Source: an uncultured Acidobacteriaceae bacterium
GTDB taxonomy: Bacteria > Acidobacteriota > Terriglobia > Terriglobales > Acidobacteriaceae
Length of the DNA: 64,000 bases
Assembly: GCA_963745105.1 (NCBI GenBank)
Contig: CAVUWQ010000022.1
Location: forward strand, 99,366-163,365
Direction of reading: 5' to 3'
Each line of letters opens with the position of its first letter. The stretch's first letter is position 1. A model generated the notes under the pieces. That model saw only the letters and a list, made by a program, of their open reading frames with translations. It did not search any database and was not told where the DNA came from. The position numbers and the translations under genes are program-made. This document shows positions 60,773 to 64,000 of the stretch, piece by piece.

Positions 60773-61405
60773 TTGTACGCAAGCGTCCCGAAATGGAAGA
60801 TGCGCCGGCAGCCGGAAGGATGCAGGCTGGAGTTTCCGGTTGGGATTGCCCCTGAATTGCGGGATACTGAGTGCGTGAGCGCGGCCCCACATCCCGTCCG
60901 TATCTCGGTGGAGGAATACCTGGATACGAGTTATCGTCCGGACTGCGACTATATCGACGGTGAAATCGAGGAGCGCAACTTAGGCGAGAAAGAACACGCC
61001 ATCCTGCAGCGCTTTCTGACCATTCTCTTCGGCCTCAAAGAGCGCGATTGGCGGGTCGAGGTATATCCCGAGCTCCGCGTGCAGGTCAGCCCCACGCGCT
61101 TCCGCGTTCCCGATGTCACGGTCGTCGCGGCCGGCCTGGAATGGAAGCGTATCCTGCGTACACCACCGCTACTCTGCATAGAAATCCTTTCGCCCCGCGA
61201 TACGCTAAGTGGTATTCGCCAGCGCGCCGACGACTACCTCAACTTCGGCACGGAGCACGTGTGGGTCATCGAGCCGGAGCTGCGCAAGGCCTACATTTTC
61301 ACCCGCACCGCTATGCAGGAGCCGGAAAACGGCGTCCTCGCCATCGCCGGAACACCTATCCAGGTCGTCCTCGGCGACCTTTTTGCCGAGCTCGACCGCG
61401 CCTGA
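60773..61405 (+). CDS. Uma2-family (DUF820) endonuclease
   Basis: ISVEEYLDTSYRPDCDYIDGEIEERNLGEKEHAILQ...FRVPDVTVV...PPLLCIEILSPRD...DYLNFGTEHVWVIEP matches the PD-(D/E)XK Uma2 pattern. The start is uncertain (60773, 60800 or later). Confidence 0.75.
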   Translation: MYASVPKWKMRRQPEGCRLEFPVGIAPELRDTECVSAAPHPVRISVEEYLDTSYRPDCDYIDGEIEERNLGEKEHAILQRFLTILFGLKERDWRVEVYPELRVQVSPTRFRVPDVTVVAAGLEWKRILRTPPLLCIEILSPRDTLSGIRQRADDYLNFGTEHVWVIEPELRKAYIFTRTAMQEPENGVLAIAGTPIQVVLGDLFAELDRA

Positions 61406-61532
61406 TCGCGGTCCCCTGTCTGTAAATCGGACACTCCGGGCATCTCCTCACCCGCTGCCGCTTTCATGCCTTCGCTCCATCCCGCCGATACCTCAAAAGA
61501 CGCCGTCGCTTCACGGCGATCCGTCGCATAAG

Positions 61533-63515
61533 ATGACATTCCTCATCAAGCGCGAGCACAAACCGGAAAGTCCCGTCCTGCGCTTCCTCGGCACCGATCA
61601 CGGAAAGATCGCGCTGCTGGCAGCGGCCATCCTGCTGGTTGCAGCCATCGGAGTGGAGCTGAGCCAGGTGGTCGCGCACAGCCTGCTGCGCTATGACGCC
61701 GAAGAGGCTGCCCAGGACTGGGCAGCAAGCATGGCCAAGACCGCGGACGACCTGCCCGGGATCATCGCCGGCATCACCCCCTCCGATCGCACCAGAGACC
61801 TCCTGAATGAAGTCATGCAGGTGGGACATATCTATCGCTTCAAGGTGTGGGATAGGCAGGGCCGGCAGGTCTTAATCTATGACCGCTGGAACTCTCCGCT
61901 CATGCCCACCACCATTGCTGCGCGCCACGGAGAGAAAATCTCCGCCTCCATTCTCGCCGGCCAGACCTTCACCGAATCCAAAGCCGGCATACCCCCGGCG
62001 AACCCGCCCTACTTTGCCGAGTCCTACATTCCCATCAGGCGCAACGGCGTCATCATCGGAGTCTTCGAGGCCTACGTCGACGAAACCCAGTACAAGGCGC
62101 TCTGCGAGAAGGCCTTTCTCATCACTGAAAGCATCATGGCCATCGCCGTCTTTCTTGCCGGCGGCCTGCCCGGACTCCTCGCCTATCGCCGCATGATGGC
62201 TCACCGCAAGGCTCAGGCCGAAGCATTGTTTCTGGCCGAGCACGATAGCCTCACCGGGCTCGCCAACCGCAAGCGCCTCAAGGAAGACGGCAAAGCCGCA
62301 TTGGCGCGCCGTCGCCGCGACAACTCCTACGTTGCGGTGCTGCTCTTCGATCTCGACCGCTTCAAAGAGGTCAATGACAGCTTCGGCCACAGCGCCGGCG
62401 ACGACTTGCTGAAGGAATTTTCGGTGCGTCTCCAGGCCGCCGTTCGCGAAGAGGACACGGTAGCCCGGCTCGGCGGCGATGAGTTTGTGATCCTGCAGGT
62501 GGGCATGACCCAGGCCGACGGCCCCAGTGCCCTCACCGATCGCCTGCTGAAGACGCTCTACCAGCCCTACCAGATCGACGGTTTGCCCATCGAGTGCGGA
62601 GCCAGCGTCGGCATCGCTGTTGCGCCCACCGACGCTGAGGACTGGGATGCCCTGCTCTCCTGCGCCGATGTCGCCCTCTACAAAGCCAAGGCCGAGGGTC
62701 GCAAAGCTGTTTGCTTCTTCCAGCCCGGCATGGACATCCTCTTTCGCAAGCGCCGCCAGCTTGAGGCCGATCTGCGCCGCGCGCTGTCATCCAAGGCGTT
62801 TGAGCTGGCCTATCAGCCCCTCTTCAGCGCCGCGGACGAAAAGCTTCTCGGCTTCGAAGCTCTCTTGCGCTGGCCCTCGGGCTGGAATCCATGCTCGCCG
62901 GCCGAGTTCATTCCCGTAGCCGAGGAGTCCGGCCTCATCATCCCCGTCGGCGCATGGGTTTTAGAAACGGCATGCCGCACCGCCGCTTCGTGGAGCAGTC
63001 CTCTCAGGATCGCCGTAAATCTGTCGCCGGTGCAGTTTCGTCAGGGTGATGTGGTCGCTGCCGTCGCCGCGGCACTGGAGCAGTCCGGCCTCGACCCATC
63101 ACGGCTCAAGTTGGAAGTCACCGAAAGCCTGTGGCTCGAAGACGTAGACGCCGTCTTCGTCCGCCTGGAGCGCCTTCGCGCTCTGGGTGTTTCCATCGCC
63201 CTCGATGACTTTGGCACCGGCTATTCCAGCCTGACGTATCTTCTGAAGTTTCCCTTCGACAAGGTGAAGATCGATCGCTCCTTCGTCACCGACATGCTCA
63301 CCCGTCCCAAGGCCGCCGCCATCGTGAATACCATCGTCGCGCTCGGAAGAGTCCTCGGCCTCACCGTAACCGCCGAAGGCGTCGAAGAAGAAGTGCAGGC
63401 GCAGGCATTGAGCGACGCCGGCTGCGACCAGATGCAAGGCTATCTATTCGGACGCCCGCTCTCCGCCGCCGCCGAGCTCACCGAGCAACATCAGGCATCC
63501 ACCAGCACGGTATGA
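61533..63515 (+). CDS. membrane-anchored GGDEF-EAL protein (diguanylate cyclase/phosphodiesterase)
   Basis: ATG at 61533 (MTFLIKREHKPESPVLRFLGTDHGKIALLAAAILLVAAIG). HDSLTGLANR, RLGGDEFVIL (GGDEF), GFEALLRW (EAL), DDFGTGYSSL, QGYLFGRP. The track ORF start 61209 overlaps the Uma2 gene out of frame. Confidence 0.88.
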   Translation: MTFLIKREHKPESPVLRFLGTDHGKIALLAAAILLVAAIGVELSQVVAHSLLRYDAEEAAQDWAASMAKTADDLPGIIAGITPSDRTRDLLNEVMQVGHIYRFKVWDRQGRQVLIYDRWNSPLMPTTIAARHGEKISASILAGQTFTESKAGIPPANPPYFAESYIPIRRNGVIIGVFEAYVDETQYKALCEKAFLITESIMAIAVFLAGGLPGLLAYRRMMAHRKAQAEALFLAEHDSLTGLANRKRLKEDGKAALARRRRDNSYVAVLLFDLDRFKEVNDSFGHSAGDDLLKEFSVRLQAAVREEDTVARLGGDEFVILQVGMTQADGPSALTDRLLKTLYQPYQIDGLPIECGASVGIAVAPTDAEDWDALLSCADVALYKAKAEGRKAVCFFQPGMDILFRKRRQLEADLRRALSSKAFELAYQPLFSAADEKLLGFEALLRWPSGWNPCSPAEFIPVAEESGLIIPVGAWVLETACRTAASWSSPLRIAVNLSPVQFRQGDVVAAVAAALEQSGLDPSRLKLEVTESLWLEDVDAVFVRLERLRALGVSIALDDFGTGYSSLTYLLKFPFDKVKIDRSFVTDMLTRPKAAAIVNTIVALGRVLGLTVTAEGVEEEVQAQALSDAGCDQMQGYLFGRPLSAAAELTEQHQASTSTV

Positions 63516-63583
63516 GTGGCCGCGCATCCAGCGTGAACCGGACCGCCGCGTAAATCGAAAGACGCGATGCGCCGCCAACCGCT

Positions 63584-64000
63584 ATGCTGACCTGCATGCC
63601 GGTAAAGCGCAGAGTGGCAGCAGCCATCTTCATGATGTTTCTGACCACGCTCGGCGACTGCACTCCGTTGATCGTAGGCCGGAGCGGTCATCACATCTTC
63701 GTCGCCACTAATTCGATAGACACCGCCGGCAACAGCCACTGCAAACTGCACTTCGCAAAAAGCGCGGTCATCCTGTGGGCTACCCAGGCTGCATCCATGA
63801 CCCTGAAGTGGCCGAATGGCCGCGCGGAAACCGTCGACTTCGAAGCCGCCATGAACAACCGGATCAGAGATATCGACCAGCCCGTCGATGCCCTAAAAGA
63901 AATCCTGATTCAGAATGCCGAGGAACGCATACGCGCCATACTTCAGCTCTATAAGGAGACAGACCCCGACCGGGCTGACATAGCCCGCGACCTCGTGAGT
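63584..64000 (+). CDS. hypothetical exported protein, 5' part (runs off the right edge)
   Basis: Not in the track because no stop lies in the window. ATG at 63584 or 63596: (MLTC)MPVKRRVAAAIFMMFLTTLGDCTPLIVGRSGHHIFVATNSID..., open to 64000. The signal-like start followed by C-T...ATNSID is faintly reminiscent of N-terminal-Cys (Ntn) hydrolases; this is speculative. Confidence 0.4.
   Translation, partial: MLTCMPVKRRVAAAIFMMFLTTLGDCTPLIVGRSGHHIFVATNSIDTAGNSHCKLHFAKSAVILWATQAASMTLKWPNGRAETVDFEAAMNNRIRDIDQPVDALKEILIQNAEERIRAILQLYKETDPDRADIARDLVS

Overview
High-GC (~60% in the lines I counted) chromosomal segment that looks acidobacterial (Terriglobia-like). This guess rests on eight MacB/FtsX-type duplicated orphan permease (ADOP-like) genes, two of them headed by PadR regulators. 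Together they cover about 21 kb, roughly a third of the window. Housekeeping genes are interleaved: hisS, aspS, rpsA, dnaN, lipB, lpdA. Accessory content includes an ECF sigma with a TonB-C-domain partner, vapBC, a rhomboid-fold protein whose catalytic residues appear substituted, and a DedA-rhodanese fusion. It also includes an M28 peptidase, a LysW-like zinc ribbon with a poly-Glu tail, ArsR-SRPBCC, an NCS2 purine permease, BlaI/BlaR1-like genes, an ECF41-type sigma with an NmrA-like neighbour, an orphan PAS histidine kinase, an MBL hydrolase, a YXWGXW-repeat protein, a Uma2 endonuclease and a GGDEF-EAL protein. I found no rRNA, tRNA, CRISPR array, transposase or integrase. Non-genic structure is rich. 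A family of dispersed GC-stem/TTCA-loop hairpin repeats fills many intergenic gaps, mostly next to the permease/PadR genes. A 50-nt-arm inverted repeat built from 15-nt units, plus a related array, flanks an outer-membrane barrel gene. Four wHTH regulator genes have promoter-like hexamers placed for leaderless mRNAs, three of them with a palindrome at or around the hexamers. Three low-GC islets sit between housekeeping genes. Two genes (one permease, one GT2) are frameshifted. All functional calls come from motif recognition by eye; no searches were run.
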